Source: Deltaproteobacteria bacterium
GTDB taxonomy: Bacteria > Myxococcota > Myxococcia > SLRQ01
NCBI GenBank assembly: GCA_029210625.1
Contig: JARGFU010000001.1
Location: 133,806-197,805, forward strand
Reading direction: 5' to 3'
DNA: 64,000 nt
The position numbers and the translations under genes were made by a program. This document shows positions 19,224-28,371 of this stretch, piece by piece (the first letter of the stretch is position 1; each line of letters starts with the position of its first letter). The notes under the pieces are model-generated. The model did no database searches, was not told the DNA's origin, and saw only the letters and a program-made list of their open reading frames with translations.

Positions 19224-19688
19224 TCAGGGGCAGAGGTCGACGGTGAAGAAGCCCTCGGCGTGGTGACCCTCGTAGGAGGTCTTCAGGCCGGCGGTCACGG
19301 TGGTCTCGGTGATCTCGGTGACGATGATCCCGCCGGTGGTGCCGATCATGTTCACCCCGGGCTCGGTCACGAAGGTCGCGTTCAGGTGCAGCCCGTAGAG
19401 GTGCTCCCCGAGGGTCGTGGGGACGTTCACGAGCATGTAGGGCGGGTCCGGCTCGGTGAACTCGTCACAGGAGGTGTAGGGGGCGGCGTGGAGCTTGGAG
19501 AACCAGCCCTCGGCGTCGGAGAGGAAGGCGTTGGTGCTCCCCTGGACGAAGGTCCAGGGCTGCCCGGCGATCTCCCCGCTCAAGACCTGATCGGCGACGG
19601 TGAAGGCCGTCCCGTCGTCGTCCTCCGGTGCGCCGCAGGCGGCGAGCGCGAGGACCAGCGAGGGGAGGAGGAAGAGGCGCCGGCGCAT
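19224..19688 (-). CDS. Hypothetical lipoprotein
   Basis: ATG at 19688 with signal peptide and lipobox MRRRLFLLPSLVLALAACG. The upstream part of the track ORF is a G/R-rich artefact. Confidence 0.5.
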   Translation of the reverse strand: MRRRLFLLPSLVLALAACGAPEDDDGTAFTVADQVLSGEIAGQPWTFVQGSTNAFLSDAEGWFSKLHAAPYTSCDEFTEPDPPYMLVNVPTTLGEHLYGLHLNATFVTEPGVNMIGTTGGIIVTEITETTVTAGLKTSYEGHHAEGFFTVDLCP

Positions 19689-19696
19689 TCTCCCCC

Positions 19697-21214
19697 CTAC
19701 TCGCAGACCTGATCCCGCCGGATGCACTGCTTGGGCAGGTAGAAGAGCTCCGGATCGTCCCAGAGCCGGGCGCAGCGGTAGCCCTGACCACAGGCGGCGT
19801 CCGTGGTGCAGGCCACCCCGCAGGCCGCCCCCTCCGAGTAGGCGAGGCAGTAGTTGCCGCCGGCGCCGCAGTCGGCGTCGGTCTCGCAGCCCGAGCACAT
19901 CATCGTCTGCCCGCCGTTGGGGTTCAGCTGGGGATCCTGATCGATGCCGTGGACCCCGTAGTGGACATCCCAGAAGTCCTTGTTCACGCCCCGCAGGAGG
20001 GTCAGCCAGGAGAGGGGGTAGTGGGTGCCGTCCTCCTCGGTGATGGTGAACCAGAAGAGCAGCTCGTGGATCAACTGGTAGCCGGCCGAGAAGGGGGTGG
20101 TGTTCACCGTGGTGACCATGTCGACGTTGTCGAAGGTCTTCGCGGGGTTCTTCATCATGTCGTCGACGTAGGAGCGGTAGGAGTTGCAGCCGTCGAAGAT
20201 GAAGATCTGGTACTTGCTCGCCAGCGGCAGGTCGGCGAAGGCGCTGGCCCGCAGCTCGTAGCGCGGGTGGTAGTCCAGCAGGAAGCCGGCGCCCTCACCG
20301 GCGTGGCCCGAGTAGACGACGATGTCCCGGGCGGCGAAGGAGGCGGCCATGGCCTGGGAGAGGACGCCCTGATCGCCACCCCCGTCCATCTCGGCGGTGT
20401 AGACGTAGACGTTCACGGCCACCTCCTTGCCCTCGACCTTCAGGGTCCGGGTGAAGGGCTCGGACTCGAGGGTGAGGCTCTCGAGGCTGGTGGCGCTCGG
20501 GTGGGTCCAGCCCCCCTCCAGGAGGTACTCGACCGTCCACTTCGCGGTCTCGAGGTCGTAGCGCTCGGTGTTGTAGTCGCCGCCGAAGTGGATCGCGATG
20601 TCGAAGATCCCGTCGGCGAAGAGCTCGTCGTACTTGGGGAAGGCGTCGCGGCTCTCCGAGCCGGCGATGGTGACGGTCACCTGCTCGCCGGTCGCCTCAC
20701 CCCAGTCCTTCACCTCGACCACGAAGGTGCGCGGATCGTTGGACTCGGGGGCGACCTTGCTCATCAGGAGGTTGTGCCCGATGAACTCCATCTCGAAGGG
20801 GAAGACCGCCCGGGTGGCGTCCACCACCGTGGCGGCCTCCGCGCTGGCGTTGTTGCGCTTGAAGTAGGTGAAGAACTCGTTGGCCCCCTCGGGGAGCTCG
20901 GCGTTGGCGTCGCGCTCCACCTGCTGGATGTGGCTCTTCACCGCCCGGCCGACGGTACCCAGGCGCGCGGCGACCAGGCGCTCGAGGGTGGCCGTCTGCT
21001 CCTCGGGCGTCTGGGTGGCGTAGTCCGCCGGCAAGGTGGCGTGGGCCTCGCCGGAGAGGACGTACTCGCGGGCGGTGTCCGAGACGTAGTTGTCGGTCTT
21101 CCCGTCGCCCAGCGGCGGCAGGGCGTGAGGGCCCTCGGGGTTCTCCCCCGGGCAGCCCACGGAGAGGGCGAGGGGTGCGAGGAGGGCGAGAGCGAGGACC
21201 GACGCGAGCCGCAT
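19697..21214 (-). CDS. Secreted or lipoprotein putative clan CD (caspase/legumain/gingipain-like) cysteine peptidase with a C-terminal Cys-rich tail
   Basis: Start MRLASVLALALLAPLALSVGC. A hydrophobic strand followed by His-Gly (IVVYSGHAGEGAG) and a hydrophobic strand followed by Gly-Cys (IFIFDGCNSY) resemble the clan-CD catalytic dyad. C-terminal CxxC-rich segment. Confidence 0.5.
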   Translation of the reverse strand: MRLASVLALALLAPLALSVGCPGENPEGPHALPPLGDGKTDNYVSDTAREYVLSGEAHATLPADYATQTPEEQTATLERLVAARLGTVGRAVKSHIQQVERDANAELPEGANEFFTYFKRNNASAEAATVVDATRAVFPFEMEFIGHNLLMSKVAPESNDPRTFVVEVKDWGEATGEQVTVTIAGSESRDAFPKYDELFADGIFDIAIHFGGDYNTERYDLETAKWTVEYLLEGGWTHPSATSLESLTLESEPFTRTLKVEGKEVAVNVYVYTAEMDGGGDQGVLSQAMAASFAARDIVVYSGHAGEGAGFLLDYHPRYELRASAFADLPLASKYQIFIFDGCNSYRSYVDDMMKNPAKTFDNVDMVTTVNTTPFSAGYQLIHELLFWFTITEEDGTHYPLSWLTLLRGVNKDFWDVHYGVHGIDQDPQLNPNGGQTMMCSGCETDADCGAGGNYCLAYSEGAACGVACTTDAACGQGYRCARLWDDPELFYLPKQCIRRDQVCE

Positions 21215-21295
21215 GGGGACTCCTTCTTTGGCCGGCGCCGCCGGCCCACGAGAGTATCCGGACAGTCTATCAGCCCGGCCGGGCCCGGCCACGCT

Positions 21296-21751
21296 TCAGG
21301 GCACGGTCAGGGTCGCCGAGCCGATGAGGACCGGCTCGTTGGGATCGTTGAGATCGTCCCAGCGCCGGTAGAGGGTGAGGGTGGTCTCCCCCGCGACGTC
21401 CACCAGGCTGAAGCTGATGTCGTAGAGGCAGTCGCAGCCGGCGACGGCCTTCGGGGTCAGATCCCGGGGCTGGACCAGCAGGTCGATACTCTGACCCGCG
21501 CGCCGCTCGAAGGCCTCCACCTCCTGCTCGCAGCGGAAGTGGGCCTCCTTGTACTCGACCTGGATGCCGCCGCCGCCCACCGCCGCCTCCAGGCGCTCGT
21601 CGTGGGTGCCCTGGTAGGGATCACCGGCGCACTCGGCCTGGACCAGGCCGTCGATGCGGGTGGCCTCCTCCCAACCCGAGGGCAGCGAGCCGCCGCAGGC
21701 GGGCAGGGAGAAGATCGTGAGCAGGAGAGCGGGAACGACGAGGTTTCGCAT
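21296..21751 (-). CDS. Hypothetical lipoprotein
   Basis: Signal peptide and lipobox MRNLVVPALLLTIFSLPACG. 151 aa. Confidence 0.5.
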   Translation of the reverse strand: MRNLVVPALLLTIFSLPACGGSLPSGWEEATRIDGLVQAECAGDPYQGTHDERLEAAVGGGGIQVEYKEAHFRCEQEVEAFERRAGQSIDLLVQPRDLTPKAVAGCDCLYDISFSLVDVAGETTLTLYRRWDDLNDPNEPVLIGSATLTVP

Positions 21752-21760
21752 GGTCCCATT

Positions 21761-22240
21761 CTAGCCCGATGCGCCCAGGCGTCCGCCGAGGGCGGCCACC
21801 AGGAAGAACTGCACCCGCCGCTGCAGCCCGGGAGCGCCGCTCTCCCGGCTGCCGGCGACGTTCAGCACCCGCACCCCGTGCTCGGCGCAGAAGTCGATGA
21901 AGCGCCCGGCCCAGCGCTCGTCGTTCCGGGAGAGGTCGACGTGGAGGAGCGGCCGGCCGTGACGGCGGGTCAGCGAGGCGGTCAGGGCCGAGCCGCCGGT
22001 GGGCTCCCCGTAGGTGAAGAGCACGGTGGCGTCGGCGGCCAGCACGTTCCTCTCGGTGCGGACCGCGTAGTCGCGCTCCGGGGTCTCCTCGAGGTGGTAC
22101 CGCTCGGGGATCCGCCCGTCCTCGGCGCGGCGGCCGGCGGGGCAGGCGCCGCCGTGGGAGAGACCGAGGAAGAGGGCGGCGTCCAGGCCACCCCGGTCGG
22201 CGCCCGTCTGCCCGCCGGAGATGATCTTCTCGACGCTCAC
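21761..22240 (-). CDS. SLOG-family 'putative molybdenum carrier' (YpsA/LOG-like Rossmann) protein
   Basis: IISGGQTGADRGGLDAA is the signature of the MoCo_carrier/SLOG family. Confidence 0.65.
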   Translation of the reverse strand: MSVEKIISGGQTGADRGGLDAALFLGLSHGGACPAGRRAEDGRIPERYHLEETPERDYAVRTERNVLAADATVLFTYGEPTGGSALTASLTRRHGRPLLHVDLSRNDERWAGRFIDFCAEHGVRVLNVAGSRESGAPGLQRRVQFFLVAALGGRLGASG

Positions 22241-22287
22241 GCCCCAGAGACTACCGTAGGGGGTGAGGAGAAGGAGGTGGTCGCACG

Positions 22288-23319
22288 ATGAAGGCGATGG
22301 TGCTCGAGGGCGTGGTCGATCTGCGCCAGGACCGCGAGCCCCTGAGGCTCGTGGAGCTGCCCGAGCCCGAGCCGGGCCCCGGTGAGGTCCGGCTCCGGGT
22401 CCGGGTCTGCGGGGTCTGCCACACCGAGCTCGACGAGATCGAGGGGCGCCTGAAGCTCCCCCGCTTCCCGGCGACCCTCGGCCACCAGGTGGTCGGCACC
22501 GTCGATGCCCTCGGAGCGGGGGTGCGGGGCGTCGCCGAGGGGGAGCGCCTCGGGGTCGCCTGGATCCACTCGGCCTGCGGCGCCTGCGAGCACTGCCGGC
22601 GCGGCGAGGAGAACCTCTGCGCCACCTTCCAGGCCACCGGGCGCGACGCCCCCGGCGGCTACGCCGAGAAGCTGGTCGTCCCCGCCGACTTCACCCACGC
22701 CCTGCCCTCCCAGCTCTCCGACGAGGCCGCCGCGCCCCTCCTCTGCGCCGGCGCGATCGGCCACCGCTCGCTGGCCCTCTGCGATCTCGCCGACGGAGAC
22801 CGGCTGGGGCTGACGGGCTTCGGCGCCTCCGGTCACCTCGTCCTCAAGCTCGCCCGCTACCTCTACCCCTCCACCGAGATCTACGTCTTCGCCCGGGATC
22901 CGGTGGTGCGCGACTTCGCCCGCTCCCTGGGCGCGACCTGGTCGGGCGACACCCAGGAGGCCCCGCCGGTGAAGCTGCGGGCCATCATCGACACCACCCC
23001 CGCCTGGACGCCGGTGGTGGCGGCCCTCGCCCACCTGCAGCCCGGCGGCCGGCTGGTGGTGAACGCCATCCGCAAGGAGGCCGCGGACAAGGCGGCCCTC
23101 CTCGAGCTCGACTACCCCCGCCACCTCTGGCTGGAGAAGGAGCTCAAGACCGTGGCCAACGTCACCCGCGCCGACGTGCGGGACTTCCTCTCGGTGGCCG
23201 CCGCCGCGGGCATCCAGCCCAAGACCGAGGTCTACGCCCTCGAAGACGCGAACGCCGCGCTGCTGGCCCTCAAGGAGAAGCCAACGCGCGGCGCGCTCGT
23301 GCTGAGGGTCTCCGGCTAG
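22288..23319 (+). CDS. Zinc-dependent alcohol dehydrogenase (MDR superfamily)
   Basis: Carries GVCHTE…H (catalytic Zn), the structural-Zn Cys cluster CGACEHCRRGEENLC and a GxGxxG-like NAD motif GFGASGHLV. Confidence 0.85.
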   Translation: MKAMVLEGVVDLRQDREPLRLVELPEPEPGPGEVRLRVRVCGVCHTELDEIEGRLKLPRFPATLGHQVVGTVDALGAGVRGVAEGERLGVAWIHSACGACEHCRRGEENLCATFQATGRDAPGGYAEKLVVPADFTHALPSQLSDEAAAPLLCAGAIGHRSLALCDLADGDRLGLTGFGASGHLVLKLARYLYPSTEIYVFARDPVVRDFARSLGATWSGDTQEAPPVKLRAIIDTTPAWTPVVAALAHLQPGGRLVVNAIRKEAADKAALLELDYPRHLWLEKELKTVANVTRADVRDFLSVAAAAGIQPKTEVYALEDANAALLALKEKPTRGALVLRVSG

Positions 23320-23322
23320 GAA

Positions 23323-23997
23323 TCAGCCAGCGTCCCACCAGGCGTCGACGACCTCGAGGTCGGAGTCGAGGGTGTAGGTCACCGTCTCGGTGATGCCGCC
23401 CTCGGGATCGATGACCCGGCCCACCTGCACGCTGGCCTCGGTGACCACGGTGCCGTGCCCGGTGACCTCGGCCCAGTAGAAGCGGAAGTCCGCGGAGTAG
23501 CAGCCCCAGCCCGAGGAGGGGTCGCAGACCCTGGACTCCTCGGCGAGGACGATGAGGCCGTCGACCGCCTCCTGCAGGTAGGTCGGCAGGGCGGCGTAGC
23601 TCTCGTAGAGGGTGGTCGTGTCGGGCTGGATCCAGCCCTTGTCGTAGGCGCAGTCGGTCAGGCGGGAGAGGTTGTAGACGCCCACGTTGTTCACGTCGGC
23701 GATCTGCTCGAGGGTGTCGAAGACGCCGTTGCGCCGGAGCTTCTCGCGGATGATGTGCTTGGCGGCGTCGCTCTGCAGGCCGCAGTCCACGTCGAGGACC
23801 TGCACGGTGGTGAGCGCGGAGTTGACCAGCCAGACCGTGCCCTTGCGCTCGTACTCGGAGAGCGAGGCGATGTAGGCCTCCTCGTCGCCATCGAGGATGG
23901 CGGCGCGGCCGACCGAGGCGCCGGACTCGAAGGTGCCGGCCGAGCCGCAGGCGGTGAGGAAGAGGGCGAGGGCGAGAGACGAGAGAGCGAGGCGCAT
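23323..23997 (-). CDS. Hypothetical lipoprotein
   Basis: MRLALSSLALALFLTACG lipobox. 224 aa. Confidence 0.5.
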   Translation of the reverse strand: MRLALSSLALALFLTACGSAGTFESGASVGRAAILDGDEEAYIASLSEYERKGTVWLVNSALTTVQVLDVDCGLQSDAAKHIIREKLRRNGVFDTLEQIADVNNVGVYNLSRLTDCAYDKGWIQPDTTTLYESYAALPTYLQEAVDGLIVLAEESRVCDPSSGWGCYSADFRFYWAEVTGHGTVVTEASVQVGRVIDPEGGITETVTYTLDSDLEVVDAWWDAG

Positions 23998-24164
23998 GGG
24001 GAGCTCCTGGACCGAGGGTTTCGACTCGGCGCGTCAGAGAGCAACCCTCGTGCCATCCCAAGTGCCTGAAAATACGAGACCGGAGCCGTCCATACTCTGA
24101 TCGATCGCCTGGATCGATCAGGACGTGGACGCTCCGATCCCGGCCCCCCCCTCGGGGACCCCCC

Positions 24165-25532
24165 CTAGCGGCAGAGGGGCGCCATGGCCAGGGCCTCCTC
24201 GAAGAGGACCCGGTGCTCCTTCAGCCGCACGTCCACCACCGCGCCCTCGCGTTCGACGCCCGCCAGGTCGCGGAAGCGCAGGCTGGCGCGCTCGACCTCG
24301 CAGTTGCCCCGCTCGTCGCAGCGCGGCTGGCTCTGGTGGCTCAGGGCCAGGGAGAGCAGCCCGGCCGAGCGCAGGCTGCGCAGCTCGGCGGGCTGGCTCC
24401 GGCGATCGCCGTTGGCGTCGGCCCAGAGCAGCAGGCGGTAGAAGGCCGGATCCCGCCGGTCGATCTGCCCGTCGCCGTTGGCGTCGAGGGCCGCGAGGGC
24501 CTCGAAGCCGTTCGCCGCCGGCCGGCCGTCGATCAGCACCGCCGAGCCGAAGAGCTCCTGCCCGGAGGTGATCGCCCCGTCGCCATCCCGATCGAGGGCC
24601 AGCCAGGGGGTGACCGCCGAGGGCCAGTCGGTGCGCAGCACGGGCGTCCGGCCGGGCGCCGCCAGGTCGAAGCGGCTCTCCCCGTCGTCGGGGAGGAAGC
24701 TCACCCGCTCGCCGCGCCCGAAGACGACGACCAGGGGGGTGGTGCAGCCGTGGGTCTCACAGCCGGAGCTGTCGACGCAGTAGTACTCGGTGTAGCGGTC
24801 CTGGTGCAGGCGGGTGAGCACCTGCCCCTCGCAGCGGCTGGTGACCCAGTCGCGGATCATGGTCTCCCAGCGGGTGGGCGAGGGATCGACCCGGCGCGAG
24901 CACCAGGCCTCGAGCCAGGCCTGGGAGCAGCCCCCCGAGTTGCCGGCGGCCAGGCAGGCCTGGAAGTCGTCGCCCAGGTGGCCGTTGCAGTTGCCCTTGC
25001 TGTCGTTCGCCTCGCAGGTCAGCTTGTCCTCGCAGACGGCGCAGCTCGGATCCGCGGCGCAGTCGGGGTCGTCACAGTCCAGAAGGCCATCGCAGTCGTC
25101 GTCGCTGCCGTTGGCGCAGTACTCGGCGCCGAGGTCCTGGCAGACCGCGCAGGCCGCGGCGCCGTTGCAGTCGGGATCCTCGCAGTCGATCGCGCCGTCG
25201 CAGTCCTCGTCGAGCCCGTTGCTGCAGTGCTCACCGCCCGGCTCGGGCTCACAGAGGTCGTCGCCGCCGCCGGGATCCCCGCCCCCCGGGAGGTCGTTGC
25301 CGCCGCCGGGCTCGCCGCCCCCGTCGGAGGAGGCGCCGCCCCCCGCGATGTCACCGGCGCTGGAGAGGCGCTGCCCTCCGCTCTCGATCGTCACCTCGCC
25401 GCCGCCGCAGCCGGGGGTCAGCAGGAAGGAGGGGACCAGGAGAGAGATGACGAGGGGCAGGAGGAAGCGCGGAGAGAGGGAGGGGTTCGCTCTCACGTCC
25501 TGCTGCCACCGATCGCCAGTCTTCGTCGTCAT
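24165..25532 (-). CDS. Cysteine-rich lipoprotein with duplicated CxNGxD[ED]DCDGxxDCxDPDC motifs and C-terminal DxDGDG (EF-hand/dockerin-like) calcium-binding repeats
   Basis: ATG at 25532 preceded by an AGGAGG RBS. Lipobox LLTPGC. The first 100 aa of the track ORF are rejected. Confidence 0.55.
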   Translation of the reverse strand: MTTKTGDRWQQDVRANPSLSPRFLLPLVISLLVPSFLLTPGCGGGEVTIESGGQRLSSAGDIAGGGASSDGGGEPGGGNDLPGGGDPGGGDDLCEPEPGGEHCSNGLDEDCDGAIDCEDPDCNGAAACAVCQDLGAEYCANGSDDDCDGLLDCDDPDCAADPSCAVCEDKLTCEANDSKGNCNGHLGDDFQACLAAGNSGGCSQAWLEAWCSRRVDPSPTRWETMIRDWVTSRCEGQVLTRLHQDRYTEYYCVDSSGCETHGCTTPLVVVFGRGERVSFLPDDGESRFDLAAPGRTPVLRTDWPSAVTPWLALDRDGDGAITSGQELFGSAVLIDGRPAANGFEALAALDANGDGQIDRRDPAFYRLLLWADANGDRRSQPAELRSLRSAGLLSLALSHQSQPRCDERGNCEVERASLRFRDLAGVEREGAVVDVRLKEHRVLFEEALAMAPLCR

Positions 25533-25834
25533 CTCTGCCTCCTGGGTTCCCACCCCGGAGGTGCTTGCAAGGTTGGATCCACTCCCCTTGCTCGCATGCG
25601 AGGCCGTGATTCCAGGACCTTGGCCCTCCCGGTCGGGCCGGGGGGTCCGGGGCCTCCTCCCCCCGAAGGCGGGGTCCCCACGCCTCAACCCCCGGCCGGC
25701 CGCCGCCTCGACGTGGCGCATTGACAAGGTGCGGCAGGATTGCGGAAAAGTCGTAACTTCGAGCTGCCCGGGAGCAGCAGCGCACGATCTCAACCCCGGC
25801 CCCGCGAGGGTCCGGACAACATGCGGGTACATCG

Positions 25835-27061
25835 GTGGACTACGAGAAGTTCTTCGGCGAGCAGATCGAGCAGCTCCAGGACGAGGGCAACTACCGGATC
25901 TTCGCGGATCTGGAGCGGATGGCCGGGGAGTTCCCCCGGGCGAAGGCCCACCACGGCGACTCGGTGGACGAGATCGTCGTCTGGTGCAGCAACGACTACC
26001 TGGGCATGGCCCAACACCCGGAGGTCCTCGCGGCGATGGTGGACGCGACCGAGCGCTACGGCGCCGGCGCCGGTGGCACCCGCAACATCGGGGGCACCCA
26101 CCACGAGATCGTGCTGCTCGAGCAGGAGCTCGCCGACCTCCATCAGAAGGAGGCCGCCCTGGTCCTGACCTCGGGCTGGGTGGCGAACCTCACCGCCCTG
26201 TGCACCCTCGGCGCCAAGCTCCCCGGAGCGGTGATCGTCTCGGACGCCTGGAACCACAACTCGATGATCGAGGGCATCCGGGCGGGCCGCTGCGACAAGG
26301 TCGTCTTCCGCCACAACGACGTCGACCACCTGGAGCTGATCTTGAAGGCCCTGCCCGAGGGCACGCCGAAGATCGTCGCCTTCGAGTCGGTCTACTCGAT
26401 GGACGGCGACATCGCCCCCATCGCCGACATCCTCGAGGTCTGCGAGCGGCACGGCGCCCTCTCCTACATCGACGAGGTCCACGCGGTGGGCCTCTACGGT
26501 GAGCGGGGCGGCGGCGTCTGCGAGCGCGAGGGCCTGATGGACCGGGTGGACGTCATCCAGGGCACCATGGCCAAGGGCTTCGGCGTCATCGGCGGCTACG
26601 TCGCGGGCAGCCGCAAGATGGTCGACTTCGTCCGCTCCTTCGGGCCGGGCTTCATCTTCTCCACCGCCCTGCCCCCGCCGGTGGCCGCGGCCTGCCGGGC
26701 CAGCGTGGCCTGGGTGAAGGCGCACCCGGAGATCCGGGAGAAGCACCAGGAGCGGGCCCGGGCCCTCTCCGACCGCCTCCTCTCCGCCGGCCTGCCGGTG
26801 ATGGTGAACCAGAGCCACATCGTCCCGGTGAAGGTGGGCGATCCGGTGCTCTGCCGCCGGGCCAGCGACCTCCTCGAGGAGCGCGGCCACTACGTCCAGC
26901 CGATCAACTACCCGACGGTGCCCAAGGGCACCGAGCGCCTTCGCTTCACCCCCTCGCCGAACCACGACGAGCAGATGATGGGCAGCCTCGAGCGCGCCAT
27001 GGTGGCGGTCTGGAAGGAGCTGGGCCTGCCCCTCTCCGGTGCGGAGAGCTCCGCCGCCTGA
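25835..27061 (+). CDS. hemA: 5-aminolevulinate synthase (ALAS; alpha-oxoamine synthase family)
   Basis: MDYEKFF…[12 protein letters not shown]…[10 protein letters not shown]…[12 protein letters not shown] aligns closely with Rhodobacter HemA along its whole length. GTG start. Confidence 0.8.
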   Translation: MDYEKFFGEQIEQLQDEGNYRIFADLERMAGEFPRAKAHHGDSVDEIVVWCSNDYLGMAQHPEVLAAMVDATERYGAGAGGTRNIGGTHHEIVLLEQELADLHQKEAALVLTSGWVANLTALCTLGAKLPGAVIVSDAWNHNSMIEGIRAGRCDKVVFRHNDVDHLELILKALPEGTPKIVAFESVYSMDGDIAPIADILEVCERHGALSYIDEVHAVGLYGERGGGVCEREGLMDRVDVIQGTMAKGFGVIGGYVAGSRKMVDFVRSFGPGFIFSTALPPPVAAACRASVAWVKAHPEIREKHQERARALSDRLLSAGLPVMVNQSHIVPVKVGDPVLCRRASDLLEERGHYVQPINYPTVPKGTERLRFTPSPNHDEQMMGSLERAMVAVWKELGLPLSGAESSAA

Positions 27062-27063
27062 GG

Positions 27064-28011
27064 TTGCCCATGCGCCCGGTCTCCCTGCTCCTTCGCCCCC
27101 TCCTCCTCGCTCTCCTCGTCAGCTCGGGCTGCGCCAACCTCGGCCGCAACATGGTCGAGGGGCACTTCGCCCGGCAGATGAAGAAGGCCGAGCTCGCGGC
27201 GAAGCGCCTCGAGATCGACGGACAGCCGATCGCCTACGTCGAGGGCGGCGACGCCGAGGGACCGGTGGTGGTGATGGTCCACGGCTTCTCGGGCGACAAG
27301 AGCAACTGGTACGCCTTCGCCCGCTACCTCGCCGAGGATCACCACCTCTACGCCCTGGACCTGCCGCCCTTCGGCGAGAGCCCCGAGCTCCCGGGCCGCC
27401 CCTACGACATCCGCACCCACGCCGCCGCCCTGGCGAGCTTCCTCGCGGCCGTGGGCGTGGAGCGCGCCCACCTGGTGGGCAACTCGATGGGCGGCCACAC
27501 CATCGGCCTCTTCGCCCTCGAGCACCCCGAGCAGGTGATGAGCCTGGCCCTCTTCGACGCCGCCGGCGTCCGCTCGCCGGTGAAGAGCGAGGCCATGCGC
27601 CTGGGCGAGGAGGGGAAGAACCCCTTCGAGATGCAGGAGCTCGAGGACGTCGACCGCCTGATGGCCCTGACCTTCGTCGACCCCCCGATGATGCCCGGCC
27701 CGGCGAAGCGCTACTTCTTCGAGCAGCGGCGAGCCCGGGATGCGCTGAACGCGCGCCTGCTGGAGGACTACCTGGCGAGCTACGTGGACCTCCAGCCCGA
27801 CCTCCCGAAGATCAGCGCCCCCACCCTCGTCCTCTGGGGCGACGGCGACCGCATCACCGACCCCTCGGCGGTGCAGGTCTTCGCCGACGGCCTGCCGAAC
27901 GAGACCGTGGTGATCATGGAGAAGTGCGGCCACTCCCCGATGATGGAGCGGCCCGAGGAGACGGCCCGGCACTACCGGGCCTTCCTCGCCTCGCTCGCGG
28001 CGGGCGACTAG
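27064..28011 (+). CDS. Alpha/beta-hydrolase fold lipoprotein
   Basis: Lipobox LLVSSGC. HGFSG oxyanion region and GNSMGG nucleophile elbow. A C-terminal His is present. Confidence 0.8.
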   Translation: MPMRPVSLLLRPLLLALLVSSGCANLGRNMVEGHFARQMKKAELAAKRLEIDGQPIAYVEGGDAEGPVVVMVHGFSGDKSNWYAFARYLAEDHHLYALDLPPFGESPELPGRPYDIRTHAAALASFLAAVGVERAHLVGNSMGGHTIGLFALEHPEQVMSLALFDAAGVRSPVKSEAMRLGEEGKNPFEMQELEDVDRLMALTFVDPPMMPGPAKRYFFEQRRARDALNARLLEDYLASYVDLQPDLPKISAPTLVLWGDGDRITDPSAVQVFADGLPNETVVIMEKCGHSPMMERPEETARHYRAFLASLAAGD

Positions 28012-28113
28012 GGGGTGTCCGCCCACGCATCGGTCGTTCGACCGATGCGATCGGGGTGAACCTTTCGCCGGGGGGGCGCGCTTCCCTGACGAACCCCAAC
28101 CAAGGAGCACCCC

Positions 28114-28371
28114 ATGTTCACGAAGATCCGCAAGAGCCTCCGCGACGAGTCGGGCCAGGGCATGACCGAGTACATCATCATCGTCTCCCTGATCGGCATC
28201 GCCAGCATCGGCGTCGTCAGCCTCTTCGGCGACAACGTCCGCGCCCTCTTCGCCGCCGCCGGCGACGGCATCGCCGGCAACGAGAACCGCTCGGTGAACA
28301 CCCGGGAGGACGGCGCGAAGTACGAGGTCCACCAGAACCTCAAGAACTTCTCCGAGGGCAACGGCGCCTAG
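28114..28371 (+). CDS. Flp/Fap family type IVb (Tad) pilin
   Basis: ESGQGMTEYIIIVSLIGIA is the Flp class-III prepilin motif. AAGGAG RBS. 85 aa. Confidence 0.7.
   Translation: MFTKIRKSLRDESGQGMTEYIIIVSLIGIASIGVVSLFGDNVRALFAAAGDGIAGNENRSVNTREDGAKYEVHQNLKNFSEGNGA

Noticed and set aside
19628-22291. 887-aa plus-strand ORF across the lipoprotein/peptidase/SLOG region
   Set aside because: It is a low-complexity G/A/V/E artefact. The opposite strand holds four genes with signal peptides and RBSs.
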